From: Hormiphora californensis
Lineage: Eukaryota > Animalia > Ctenophora
Assembly (NCBI GenBank): GCA_020137815.1
Contig: CM035360.1
Location: 930,001 to 994,000 of the forward strand
Length of the DNA: 64,000 bases
Reading direction: 5' to 3'
In this document: positions 1 through 9,778 of the stretch, in pieces
How positions within the stretch are numbered: the first letter of the stretch is position 1
Layout: the number at the start of each line of letters is the position of its first letter
Notes under the pieces: generated by a model
Told to the model about the DNA's origin: nothing
The model's input: the letters and a program-made list of their open reading frames with translations, nothing else
The model's database searches: none
Made by a program: the position numbers and the translations under genes

Positions 1-2392
1 TAATTGTTCTGAATATGTTCAGCATGACTTCCTTGCTTCGGCTGATGACATTCCTGATGACCCATGCTGTGACAGATTTGGCCTTCTTGATGGCAGCCCT
101 GGCGTTTTGATCCCAGTGAAGGTCACCAGAGGTTCCAACACCAAGGTCCTTCTCATAAGAAACTTCAAGCAGAAGATCCCCGTGCAGATAATACGGAAGA
201 TGAGGATTCTTCGCACCAACATGGAGAACCTTACACTTCCTGTCTTGCACGTTGAACTTCAGGAGCCACTTCCTTTCCCATTCCTGTAGAGCCACGAGAT
301 CTTCTTGCGCCACCTGATGATTCTCCGTACTTGTCACCAGCTTCAGATCGTCTGCAAAGAGAGAGACAAAACTCGATATTCCACCGGGAAGGTCGTTGAT
401 GTACAAGAGAAACAAAATTGGGCCCAGGACTGTGCCCTGGGGCACACCTGACATCACCTCAAAGAGCTCAGAGAAAGTGCTCCCAACTCTGACTGAGAAC
501 CGCCGACCCGAGAGAAAACTTCTTATGATGTTGCATGTTTTTCCTCTGATCCCATACCTCTCCAACTTTATAAGCAACCGTTTGTGTGGGACCGTATCAA
601 ATGCCTTTTGAAAGTCAAGGTAGAGGATGTCAGCACTCCCTCCTGAGCTGAGTATTTCATTAACTCTGTCCATGCACTCAAGTAGATTAGACACGCACGA
701 TTTGCCGGGTAGGAAACCATGCTGCTCTGCAGCAAACAGTGGGGCAGCGAACGAAAGAATATGGTTCCGTAGTATCTTCTCGAAAACCTTAGCCAGCACA
801 CATGTAAGACTTATAGGACGATAGTTGGATGCCTTAGCTTTATCGCCCTTTTTATGGAGTGCAGTCACATGTGCTGTTTTCCAAAGTTCAGGGATCGTCT
901 CTGTGTCATAGCACCGCTGAAACAGATCTGCAATCAGCTGTACGACAAACCGATTATCTGAAAGAGATTTCAGGAGCTTAGGATGAATTCCGTCCGGTCC
1001 GAAGGATTTGCTGATATTCAACTTTAAGAGGTGATTTTCTACGGTGAAGCGGTCGAAAACAAGGTCTTCGATCACTCGATCAGTTTCCGTTTCGATTGTG
1101 AATGTAGGAGGGTCTTCATTGACAAAAGTACTGGCGAAGAAAGTCCCGAGCTCGTCCGCCGTTTCCTTTGCAGAGCTGATAACTCGTCCATCAGAGGTTT
1201 TTAGCCCTGAAATAGCAGACTTGATTTTGCGTTTCCCATTCAGATAGCTGTAGAAACCTTTAGTATTGGACTTGAGATTTCTAGTGATCTTGTACTCATG
1301 AGATGAAAGAGCTCTGCGCAGTGTTGTGCCGAACAACTCCTCCTCACGTAATGCAGCTCTCAAATTCTTGCCAGTTGGAAATTCATCGAATACAGCCCAA
1401 CATTTCTCTTTCTTGTTTCGAGCCCTGACCAAGTACGGCGTGTCCCAGGGAGATTTAGTCTTTATGCAGCCAGTTCTCGTGACACTGATCTTAGTAACAG
1501 GCACTGCCTCGGATATGACCGTAAGGTTTCTCAAAACAAGTCCCCATAGGTCGTCCACTGAGTCAGATGGATCATAATCCCAAAAAAGATTGCTAGCTTC
1601 AGTCTGAATCTGCTCCTTGGTAATTTTTGACCAATTCCTCTTCTCTGTAGAGATGTAATCACTGTCATTAGCAACTCTCCATGAACTGACAACTCCCACA
1701 TGATCTGATTTACCCAGAGGTGCTGTTATCTCGAAACCTTTAAAAATTGTGAGGTCAGAAGTAAGGACGTTATCGAGGGTTGAAGACTGAAGAGTAGAGG
1801 AGACGACACGCTGGCGAGTTTTAACATCGTCACCGATAACCCACCTGAGGCCATGGTTGACAAAAAAATCTAAAAACAGCTGTTGGATCACATACTTTTG
1901 ATTACATGTATCTTGCGGGCAATTAACCACACCATTATCCCATGAAACATCTGGAAGATTGAAATCCCCCATGAAAATTAGTTCATGATCATTGCACTTT
2001 GAATTTACTAAAGCGGACAAGTTAGTGATCATGTCAACACAGTATGTATACGATGCAGCAGGTGGTCTGTAAACTACAACAACTAAAATATTTACAGCGT
2101 CAGTTTTGATTGAAACTGCAACAGAATCATGGACATTGATTTTGACTTCCTGAGAGATGAGGGTATTATGGACATATATACACGAACCCCCTCCTTTACC
2201 AACAGCCCTATCAGTTCTAAATAGTCTAAAGTTAGGAACTACTACTTCTGCATCGAGAACATCATCCCCAAACATTGTTTCTGTAATTCCCAAAATCTTG
2301 CAGCCACTTTCCCCCGCTACAATGCTCAATTCACTAATCTTATTTTTCAAGTCGTTTGCGTTTGTATAAAACAGTTTTATGGTACTTTCCAT
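1..2392 (-). CDS. LINE ORF2: APE endonuclease + reverse transcriptase (3' end outside window)
   Basis: Manual translation from ATG 2392: MESTIKLFYTNANDLKNK...GITET...GGGSCIYV (APE); RT motifs GVPQGTVLGPILFLLYINDL and FADDLK, then WLLKFN..KCKVLH, EKDLGV. Missing from the ORF track, consistent with the stop lying outside the window; the middle part was not translated codon by codon. Confidence 0.9.
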   Translation of the reverse strand, partial: MESTIKLFYTNANDLKNKISELSIVAGESGCKILGITETMFGDDVLDAEVVVPNFRLFRTDRAVGKGGGSCIYVHNTLISQEVKINVHDSVAVSIKTDAVNILVVVVYRPPAASYTYCVDMITNLSALVNSKCNDHELIFMGDFNLPDVSWDNGVVNCPQDTCNQKYVIQQLFLDFFVNHGLRWVIGDDVKTRQRVVSSTLQSSTLDNVLTSDLTIFKGFEITAPLGKSDHVGVVSSWRVANDSDYISTEKRNWSKITKEQIQTEASNLFWDYDPSDSVDDLWGLVLRNLTVISEAVPVTKISVTRTGCIKTKSPWDTPYLVRARNKKEKCWAVFDEFPTGKNLRAALREEELFGTTLRRALSSHEYKITRNLKSNTKGFYSYLNGKRKIKSAISGLKTSDGRVISSAKETADELGTFFASTFVNEDPPTFTIETETDRVIEDLVFDRFTVENHLLKLNISKSFGPDGIHPKLLKSLSDNRFVVQLIADLFQRCYDTETIPELWKTAHVTALHKKGDKAKASNYRPISLTCVLAKVFEKILRNHILSFAAPLFAAEQHGFLPGKSCVSNLLECMDRVNEILSSGGSADILYLDFQKAFDTVPHKRLLIKLERYGIRGKTCNIIRSFLSGRRFSVRVGSTFSELFEVMSGVPQGTVLGPILFLLYINDLPGGISSFVSLFADDLKLVTSTENHQVAQEDLVALQEWERKWLLKFNVQDRKCKVLHVGAKNPHLPYYLHGDLLLEVSYEKDLGVGTSGDLHWDQNARAAIKKAKSVTAWVIRNVISRSKEVMLNIFRTI

Positions 2393-2418
2393 TGAGTCTG
2401 ATTGTAGTCTCTGAGTAG

Positions 2419-3492
2419 CTAGATAGTCGCAACGTTGCCGGAGTTTCCCTGAACCGCGAGACGGCTCCTCCTCTTCTGCCTTGCAAGATAGTTGGCCTTC
2501 CTCTCCGCCTGGGACAGGTCTGCATTTACCCAGTACTGAACATTGTTATTGTCACTGACCTTCTGTCCGTTCCCATACCTATGAATCCTGCTAGCCATCT
2601 CCGGTGTCGCAAGACTCAAAATCAGAGGTCGGGGCTCCTTCCTATCCTTGTTTGATCCTGTACCGAGAGGGGATCCAGGTCGGAAACATCTGATGATGTC
2701 CTCCCGGGAGACGTTGTGGTCCTGCAGGAGCTCAAGAGCAACATTGATGTCACTCTCAGTCCGCTCCTTCACTTCCTTGCAGCTGCTCTCCTCTACATTA
2801 GAGATCACGATGTTTCGAGTACGGCGATCTCGGTCGACCATATTCGCCTCCTGTTTAGCAGCAGTCTGTGATATGATGGCAGACTGGTTCTCTTGAAGTG
2901 CTGAACCCAAGCTCTTCTCAAAGCAAACTTTTGTTTGTTTCTCGATGGCACTGGTCGACTCTTTTAAAACTTCCGCAAACGTCTTTTTCATTTCGGTAGT
3001 GTTCATGACCTTTTCCATTGCCTCTTTAAGGGATCCCTTCACACTGTCCTTCACTGCAGCTTTCACTTCTCCCTTTACTGACACATTCGCTGGATGCTCC
3101 TTGATCACCTTCTCCATTCGCTCGAATCCTTCAGTGATAGATGAATTCGTAGACCGATCCTTCATCATATCCTCTATTCTTTTCAGAGCCTCGCCATTCA
3201 AAGAGTTCTCCGTACACTGGGATCGGGTTGAGTTCTGGATCTCATCCAGTTTGGTGGTTATATGAAGCCAATAGGTGCTAATGTTCTTTTCCAGTCGATC
3301 GATGGTTGCAAAACCATGTGCCGCTCTCTTCAGTTCAGAGACTGCTTTAATCTGTGCCTCCTTCTCCTTTTTCAAATCTGGTTTATCTTTCGATCTCGTC
3401 TCGATCGTGAGAGGCTCCAACAATTTGATAACATTTGTAACACACGTATAACATGTCTTTAGGGTTGAGATCTCTTGTTGAAAGAGAGCCAT
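2419..3492 (-). CDS. LINE ORF1 (coiled-coil + RRM-like nucleic-acid chaperone)
   Basis: 357-aa ORF with coiled-coil followed by RRTRNIVISNVEES...RPLILSL...VNADLS, typical of CR1/L2 ORF1; directly upstream of ORF2. Confidence 0.85.
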   Translation of the reverse strand: MALFQQEISTLKTCYTCVTNVIKLLEPLTIETRSKDKPDLKKEKEAQIKAVSELKRAAHGFATIDRLEKNISTYWLHITTKLDEIQNSTRSQCTENSLNGEALKRIEDMMKDRSTNSSITEGFERMEKVIKEHPANVSVKGEVKAAVKDSVKGSLKEAMEKVMNTTEMKKTFAEVLKESTSAIEKQTKVCFEKSLGSALQENQSAIISQTAAKQEANMVDRDRRTRNIVISNVEESSCKEVKERTESDINVALELLQDHNVSREDIIRCFRPGSPLGTGSNKDRKEPRPLILSLATPEMASRIHRYGNGQKVSDNNNVQYWVNADLSQAERKANYLARQKRRSRLAVQGNSGNVATI

Positions 3493-3655
3493 TTCCTTGC
3501 TTCTTGCCCGTGCCGGTGATGGATGTTCTCAAATTTCTCGAGGTGCAGATAAGACAAGCAAGCAAAGTAAAGTAGAATTTCAGAAGTGAGTAGAATTTCA
3601 GAAGTGAGTAGAATTTCAGAATGCGATAATAATTGTTGCAAATCAAAAATGTTAC

Positions 3656-6600
3656 CTGTTGGAGAAGCTGTTGTTCCTAGTACAAACGTAGTTCATTGAG
3701 GCTGTTTTCGTGAACTTGAGGACGTGACCAAAGTAGCTCGCAGGAGCATTGTTCATTTTATCTGAAAACAGATCACATCAAATGTATGTTATTACAGTCG
3801 GACCCCGATTTGCTGGAACCCCGATTTACCGGGCAAACCCCTTCCACCGAGCATCCCGGTAAATCGGGGTCCGAATGTATAATAGTGTCCATTGAGAACA
3901 CACAAACAGTGACTTTGTTAGAACCCTCGATACATGGTGGAGATACGTGATATACGTGATATACGTGATATATGACACGTGTACATGACACGTGAAACGT
4001 GATGGATGTGTTTTACTCACTATCCATCTTCTCATCCCTTCCCTCCAGAGATTCGTCAGCGGGGCAACTATCTGTCCCTGAGGTAGCTGAAAAGGGAAAT
4101 TCAGGGTTTTAATTTTGGTATAAGTTGCCAAGTCCCAGCTTTCACAACAAACAGTGCCGTTCTATTTTAGTTAGTTAGTTTAGTTAGAACAGTTCTAAAG
4201 AGTGAACTAGGTAAGGGTCGAGCATTGGGCAAGCCAAATACATAAAAAATAGGTTTTTCCACCGTCCAACATATCTTCTTCCCAAGCCTTCCACTTAGCT
4301 TCATCATTCGCGGTGCTGGGATCCAGGGATCACTAAGTGATTGGCCCTATTATGGCCTATGCGTAGGGTCCCCAACAGGGGTTCACGCCCATGGCAACCG
4401 CTCTTATCAAATCAAATCAAATCAAAGCCGTCCACTTACCGCAGTAATACCCGGAGCTAGCCAGACCAATTGCAATATCAACACTACTCGCACTGGGGTC
4501 AGTCAGTGATTCCACGCTGTCCCAAAAGTCAGCCTCACTGATTGTAAAGGGATAACTTTCACTGAGTTCATTCATCTGGACCATGTTGTGGCGATCAGTA
4601 CCTGTGGAAATAGGTGTGGTTAGAGGTGGTTAGGGGTGGTCAGAGGTGTGGGTAGAGGTGTGGTTAGAGGTGTGGTTAGGGGGGTGGTTAGTGGTGGTTA
4701 GAAGGTGTCATTGTGGTTAGAGAGGGGTTTGAATCATTCACCAACCGAGCACGTTTACTACTACTACTACTTAGTACAAATCTGAGTGTGTTGTCCCATA
4801 CACATACCATCGGTTCCCTCCCCTGCGTTCCCTTCATTGTTGTTAGTGTGGGTGTTTGACCCAGTCCACTGGACATGAACTAAATCATCCACTGTCACCG
4901 TCAACTTGTCCGGAATGAAATCGTATTCTGTAGCCGGGAATGTTTGAACGATGTTCCCTCGTTTTCCCCGGACGTTCAGATTGTAGATTGTTTTACCCGC
5001 CATTTCATCCGTTCGTGGCAGGATCTGAGGGGTGGTGATAACACCATGTCGCCATGATATGTTTCAGGAACCGACCGAATCAGGAAATACTGGTCCCTGA
5101 TTGGCCGATAACCAGTCACGTGACCTAAATAACGAGTTCTGATTATCGGTTCCTGTTATATTTAGTCCCAAGCTTCAATGTTGGTTGTTTCTGAAGACCT
5201 TTTAATATCTAACCTGGAACATGTGAGATCTATCTTGGAACGTTCGGCCAACTTGGGCTGTGTTCAGTGCTATTTCCACCCCAGATCCATCACCAAAGAG
5301 ATCAATATCTGGGTCATTCTCAATGATATCTCTGAAACACATGTGTCATGTGATATATCTCTGAAATTAAAACACATGTCATGTGATATCTCTGAAATTA
5401 TTGGCAAGACTTGTCATTGCATGTGGTTTTGACTGATCCATTGTCTCAAACCTTGAACAGCTAATTGTCTTAAATCCAATAAATATAATTAAATAATTAA
5501 GTATTACATATAATGGCATCTAATTAATTGAACAATTAATTGTTCACTTACGTATTATTATTGGAGTCAGAGTATGTGTTCCAGCCATCATAGTCAGTTG
5601 TTGAGATGTTATACCTGATCCTTAAGACACACCTGGTGGAGTATGACGTCATGAAAAACTTGTGGAATGTTGGGGGTTGCATATTCTAGGGATGTGCTAT
5701 GATACGGTGTTCATTTTTAAACAAAACTGGGTAGGATTACTGATAGGATATGATGGTCTAGCCATGCAGGATGATTCGACAAGGTGTTGTGTTTACCGTT
5801 TAGCCTCTCCACTTGGGAAATGGGGCAGTTCAAATTCAAATCGGGATGCGTTGGGGTATTTGGATGTCTGATCGTAGTTGTAGGTGTTACCTATTGTGGA
5901 AATTGGAAAATCAGTAATCAAAATTTACTTATTGATCTGGATTTAGGTCAATCAATGGGAAATGCATGTGTGCAACGGACGCCAATGTTTGATACTGATG
6001 ACGTTTGCAAAAAAAACCAAATTGTTTAGAAAATTCATTGGTTGAATCAATGAAACTTTTCTAAAGGTCACGTCGTGACAATTCATTGGTTGAATCAATG
6101 ACAAGATCACGTCGTGACAATGACCATCATATTACCAAGATGGTTTACTCTGGTCCAGGGGGCCTGTTGGCAGGTTAGGGCGGGTGCCTGGACAATACAC
6201 ACTTCACTACCATTACTATCGTCACTCTGGGAGATAATATATCATGGATAATATATCATGATATCAGGAGTGGGAGATATAATATCATGGATCATGAGAT
6301 CTAATATATCAGGAGTGGGAGAGATGACAAATGATAAATCAAATACAGTCGGACCCCGATTTACCGGGATGTTCGGGGGAAAGGGTATATCGGGGTGAAA
6401 TACTGTTAATTTCCTATATCGGGGGATAGGAAGTTTATCTTTCCGGTAAATCAGGATCCGACTGTATACGGAAATAGAGCAAAAGAAGTGAAACTTTGTA
6501 CATAGTCCCAACTCTGCACGTACCCTAAGTTTGTCCCAGACAATAGAGTTGCTAGAGCCATCCGATGCTGCAGCTGACTCACAATCCTCTTGGGAAGTGA

Positions 6601-9600
6601 TATCTGTCAAGACCTATAGGTTGTATAGATACAGGGAAGTGATGTCTGTCAAGACCTATAGGTTGTATAGATACAGGGAAGTGATATCTGTCAAGACCTA
6701 TAGGTTGTATAGATACAGGGAAGTGATGTCTGTCAAGAACTATAGGTTGTATAGATACAGGGAAGTGATGTCTGTCAAGACCTATAGGTTGTATAGATAC
6801 AGGGAAGTGATGTCTGTCAAGACCTATAGGTTGTATAGATACAGGGAAGTGATGTCTGTCAAGACCTATAGGTTGTATAGATACAGGGAAGTGATGTCTG
6901 TCAAGACCTATAGGTTGTATAGATACAGGGAAGTGATGTCTGTCAAGAACTACAACAGGGAATGTTTTACCGTGAAGTTTTTGGAAAAACTAAAAAAACT
7001 AAATTCCTCACATCCAGCTGGATGGTTAATTAATTAATTAATTAATTTGTGTGTTACTGCAGTACCTCAAGAAAAGAGTTGAATTTCACCCAGTTACCAC
7101 CCTCAGCTACACAATCCGTTTCGGTTATAGACCGCCCGTACTTTCTCGCATCATCACTTGTACTTAGGACGCACCTGTAAACAAAGTCTAAAGTTGACTC
7201 TCAAAACCCTTTCCCCCGAGCATTGGAGTCCGACTGTATTTTGGAATCAGTGTTGAATAAGAGTTCTGACCTGTATTTGGCGTTGTTGTTGAAAGAGTTC
7301 TCCTTGATCCAATCACATTTCTCCTCATTTCCAAGCCATGCTGCATCTATCCAGGGTGTGCGCTGAGATGTATCGTCCCAACTCCTGCAGAGGTGTAATA
7401 TACCTGTTACAATATACCTTGTATGTCAACATGCACAAAGTGCAAGCGTGTTAAGCTTGCTAATGCACCCTTGTCCTGCGTCTCTGGTTTTGTCATCCGG
7501 TGACTGAAACTAAAAAATTCCATTAATCCCATGCAGGAACCGACCGAATTAGGAAATAGTGGTCCCTGATTGGATGATAACCAGTCACGTGACCTAAATA
7601 ACGAGTTCTGATTGGAGAATCAGTGCCGGAAGAGAGTTCTGATTGGTTGTTTACTTGTGTCGGTCGGTTCCTAATGACTCCCTTACTCTGACTGAAGTGT
7701 GGGAACCCAATATGGGAAGTAGTCTCTTTCCTCGGGACATTCCAGGCCACTCCGCCCTCCATCTGAGTTCTGCCTTGTCCTAGATGCGGTAACATAGCCA
7801 ATATCATCCTCGGCTAGTTCCTGGTCTGCCGTGAATAGTCCTGAAAGTTGGGGATTTTTTTTCATTGTGTCAGCTGGAAGGTGATCACACATGTACATTG
7901 TACAATATACATTATACATGTACAATATACATGTACAATGTATACTCACCTCCGTTTGCTTCCCGGTATCTACAGGTGTCATACCACCAGACAGTCTCGT
8001 GGAGGCCCCTGGTCACCTTGATCCCCTTGTAGGTACCCTTCATTCTATCGATGTATTCTTCGTCACTCTCCCCGGCTTCTGGTTCATCGTAATTCTAGTG
8101 GAATGGGGTTTTAGTGTGGTGGAAGTGGGGTTATTTCGTAACCAAGGTTCTAGTGTGGTGCATCGTAATTCTATAGCAGTTGCATCTCGTTACCATGTCT
8201 TGGCCAGTTTAGGATCAGTGGTCTACTATAGTCGAATTTTTTATTTAAGCGACGGGCCGCTGTGCATTCAAAGAGGTCGCACGGCGTCGTATTTGCGTGT
8301 GATAATCGAGATCTAGTTCCTAGCAATCTTAAGACTTGAACCCGGAAGCGTTGGAAAGATAATTCTAAGACCTTTCCAACGCAACCAAGATCAATTATTT
8401 ATCTAATCAGGAAGCGGAGATATGAGCGAAAAGGTTTCTCGAATTGTCACGCGCAAATACAACGCTGCGCGACTTCTTTAAATGCGCGGCGGCCTGTGGC
8501 TTAAATTAAAAATTCAACTTTATGTGAATGATGAAAATATAGATGCCCTTCTTTTTTATCAGCGTAGAAATGATCCAATGCTTCATATATCACAGATGAA
8601 CAACAACAACAACAGATGAGTGATAGGTTATACTTATACAGTCGGACCCCGATTTAGGGACAGGATTTTTTTCCCCCGATATAGGAAATTAACCTTATTT
8701 GACCCCGATTTAGTGGACACCCCGATTTAGTGGACAAGAGCCTTTCCCCCGAGGGTGTCCCTAAATCGGGGTCCGACTGTATCTGAGTCTTTTTGTTTGT
8801 CCCATCTCTCATGTAGAAGACCCTCTTGTAGACATTTTCATCCTTATTGTTGGTGCTTGACGGGTAATTGTCTTCAGTCCCGTTGTTCATACACATGTAC
8901 TGAGAGAGTGAGATCGTTACTTTAACTAAAGAGAACAAGAGTGAGATCGTTACGTTAACTAAAGAGAGTTTACTAACCTGTATGACGATGTTACAGTCCA
9001 CTTTGCTGTTCCCTCCGCACCCGTGCTGGTTAGTCCATTCAACTGTCAGTTTAGACTTAGCACCATCAGCCCCGCTTCCATAGTACTTCTATTGGTGGTG
9101 TTTCCTTGTTAGATAAATTATACTTTGCCAATTAAATAATTAAATAACTCGAAATTAACATTCCAATTAACATTCCAATCTCAAGGTAGTTGGTTATGTG
9201 ATCCATATTGTGATTCATGCAATGTGATATCCTACCATAGAGTACTGTTGCTTTGCATTATCTGCGGCAGTGCTCCATAGATCTCCAGTATTGTAGCCAC
9301 CTCTGTTATTATTTTGGGACTCAAACAGTCTCGCAGCGTTGTTCCGATCAGCAGTTCCCTCGTTCAGCCTGTGTGGTTGTTAGGTTAGGGTGTTGTTAGG
9401 GGCTGTGGAGTTGAATAAGGGGTAGAGGAATAAGCCCCGTGGTGGAGTTGTTGGAAGCTGTTTAAGGAGATGGATACCATTCGTATCAGGAACCGACCGA
9501 ATCAGGAAATACTGGTCCCTGATTGGCTGATAACCAGTCACGTGACCTAAATAACGAGTTCTGATTGGTTGTTTACTTAATCCGGTCGGTTCCTGAGTCG

Positions 9601-9778
9601 TATGTTACGGAACCAGGACCTACATACTCACCTGTCCTGGTATAATAGGAGAGTTCTCTACCTAAGATTAGTGGCAACTTATTACCTGTTGTTGGAGCCT
9701 CTAGGGTTCTGCATAAAACAGTCGCCGTTAACAGAGTTGTAGCAGCGCCGTGGCTGTTAGAACCACACCCAATATCAT
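3656..9778 (-). CDS. DD3-3-like secreted/membrane protein, multi-exon; last exon(s) lie beyond the window start
   Basis: Signal peptide [13 protein letters not shown]; exons encode [16 protein letters not shown]...[81 protein letters not shown], and [12 protein letters not shown] (exon 3656-3761), matching the DD3-3 family as I recall it; GT-AG boundaries. Confidence 0.85.
3794..3877. mobile_element. Tc1/mariner(pogo)-type MITE family A (TIR CAGTCGGACCCCGATT, TA flanks)
   Basis: tacagtcggaccccgattt...aaatcggggtccga; other copies at ~6345-6464, ~8639-8779, ~31718-31875 and a fragment at ~7207-7237. Confidence 0.75.
4340..4426 (+). repeat. Short retroposon-like 3' end with (ATCAA)n tail
   Basis: gttcacgcccatggcaaccgctcttatcaaatcaaatcaaatcaaa; a reverse-complement copy lies at ~30677-30722. 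Confidence 0.5.
5065..5155. mobile_element. MITE family B (TIR CAGGAACCGACCGA), possibly hAT-like
   Basis: Near-identical copies at ~7535-7672, ~9487-9595 and reversed at ~57958-58065; the 9487 copy has a near 8-bp TSD (attcgtat/agtcgtat). Confidence 0.75.
6345..6464. mobile_element. MITE family A copy
   Basis: ta-cagtcggaccccgattt...gatccgactg-ta inverted termini. Confidence 0.75.
6592..6951. repeat. 42-bp tandem repeat (~8.5 copies) spanning a splice acceptor of the DD3-3-like gene
   Basis: Unit gggaagtgatgtctgtcaagacctataggttgtatagataca; on the minus strand each unit contains tatag|GTCTTGACAGA. Confidence 0.95.
7535..7672. mobile_element. MITE family B copy
   Basis: caggaaccgaccgaa...tcggtcggttcct with shared internal gtcacgtgacctaaataacgagttctgattgg. 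Confidence 0.75.
8230..8519. mobile_element. Diverged MITE with ~80-bp imperfect terminal inverted repeats
   Basis: agtcgaattttttatttaagcgacgggccgc... pairs imperfectly with ...gcggcctgtggcttaaattaaaaattcaact. Confidence 0.6.
8639..8779. mobile_element. MITE family A copy
   Basis: ta-cagtcggaccccgatttaggg...ccctaaatcggggtccgactg-ta. Confidence 0.8.
9487..9595. mobile_element. MITE family B copy
   Basis: caggaaccgaccg...cggtcggttcctg. Confidence 0.8.

Larger units (their letters stand above)
1..3645 (-). mobile_element. CR1/L2-like LINE retrotransposon (5'UTR, ORF1, ORF2), running off the window start
   Basis: ORF1 plus an APE-endonuclease/RT ORF2 in tandem on the minus strand; 5'UTR with three ~18-bp repeats (agaatttcagaagtgagt, ~3572-3621). 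Confidence 0.92.

Noticed and set aside
107-2369. Plus-strand short ORFs
   Set aside because: Antisense shadows of LINE ORF2.
6531-7037. 168-aa repetitive ORF / CRISPR-like periodicity
   Set aside because: Head-to-tail 42-bp repeat with no unique spacers and no cas genes; the ORF is the antisense reading of an intronic repeat.
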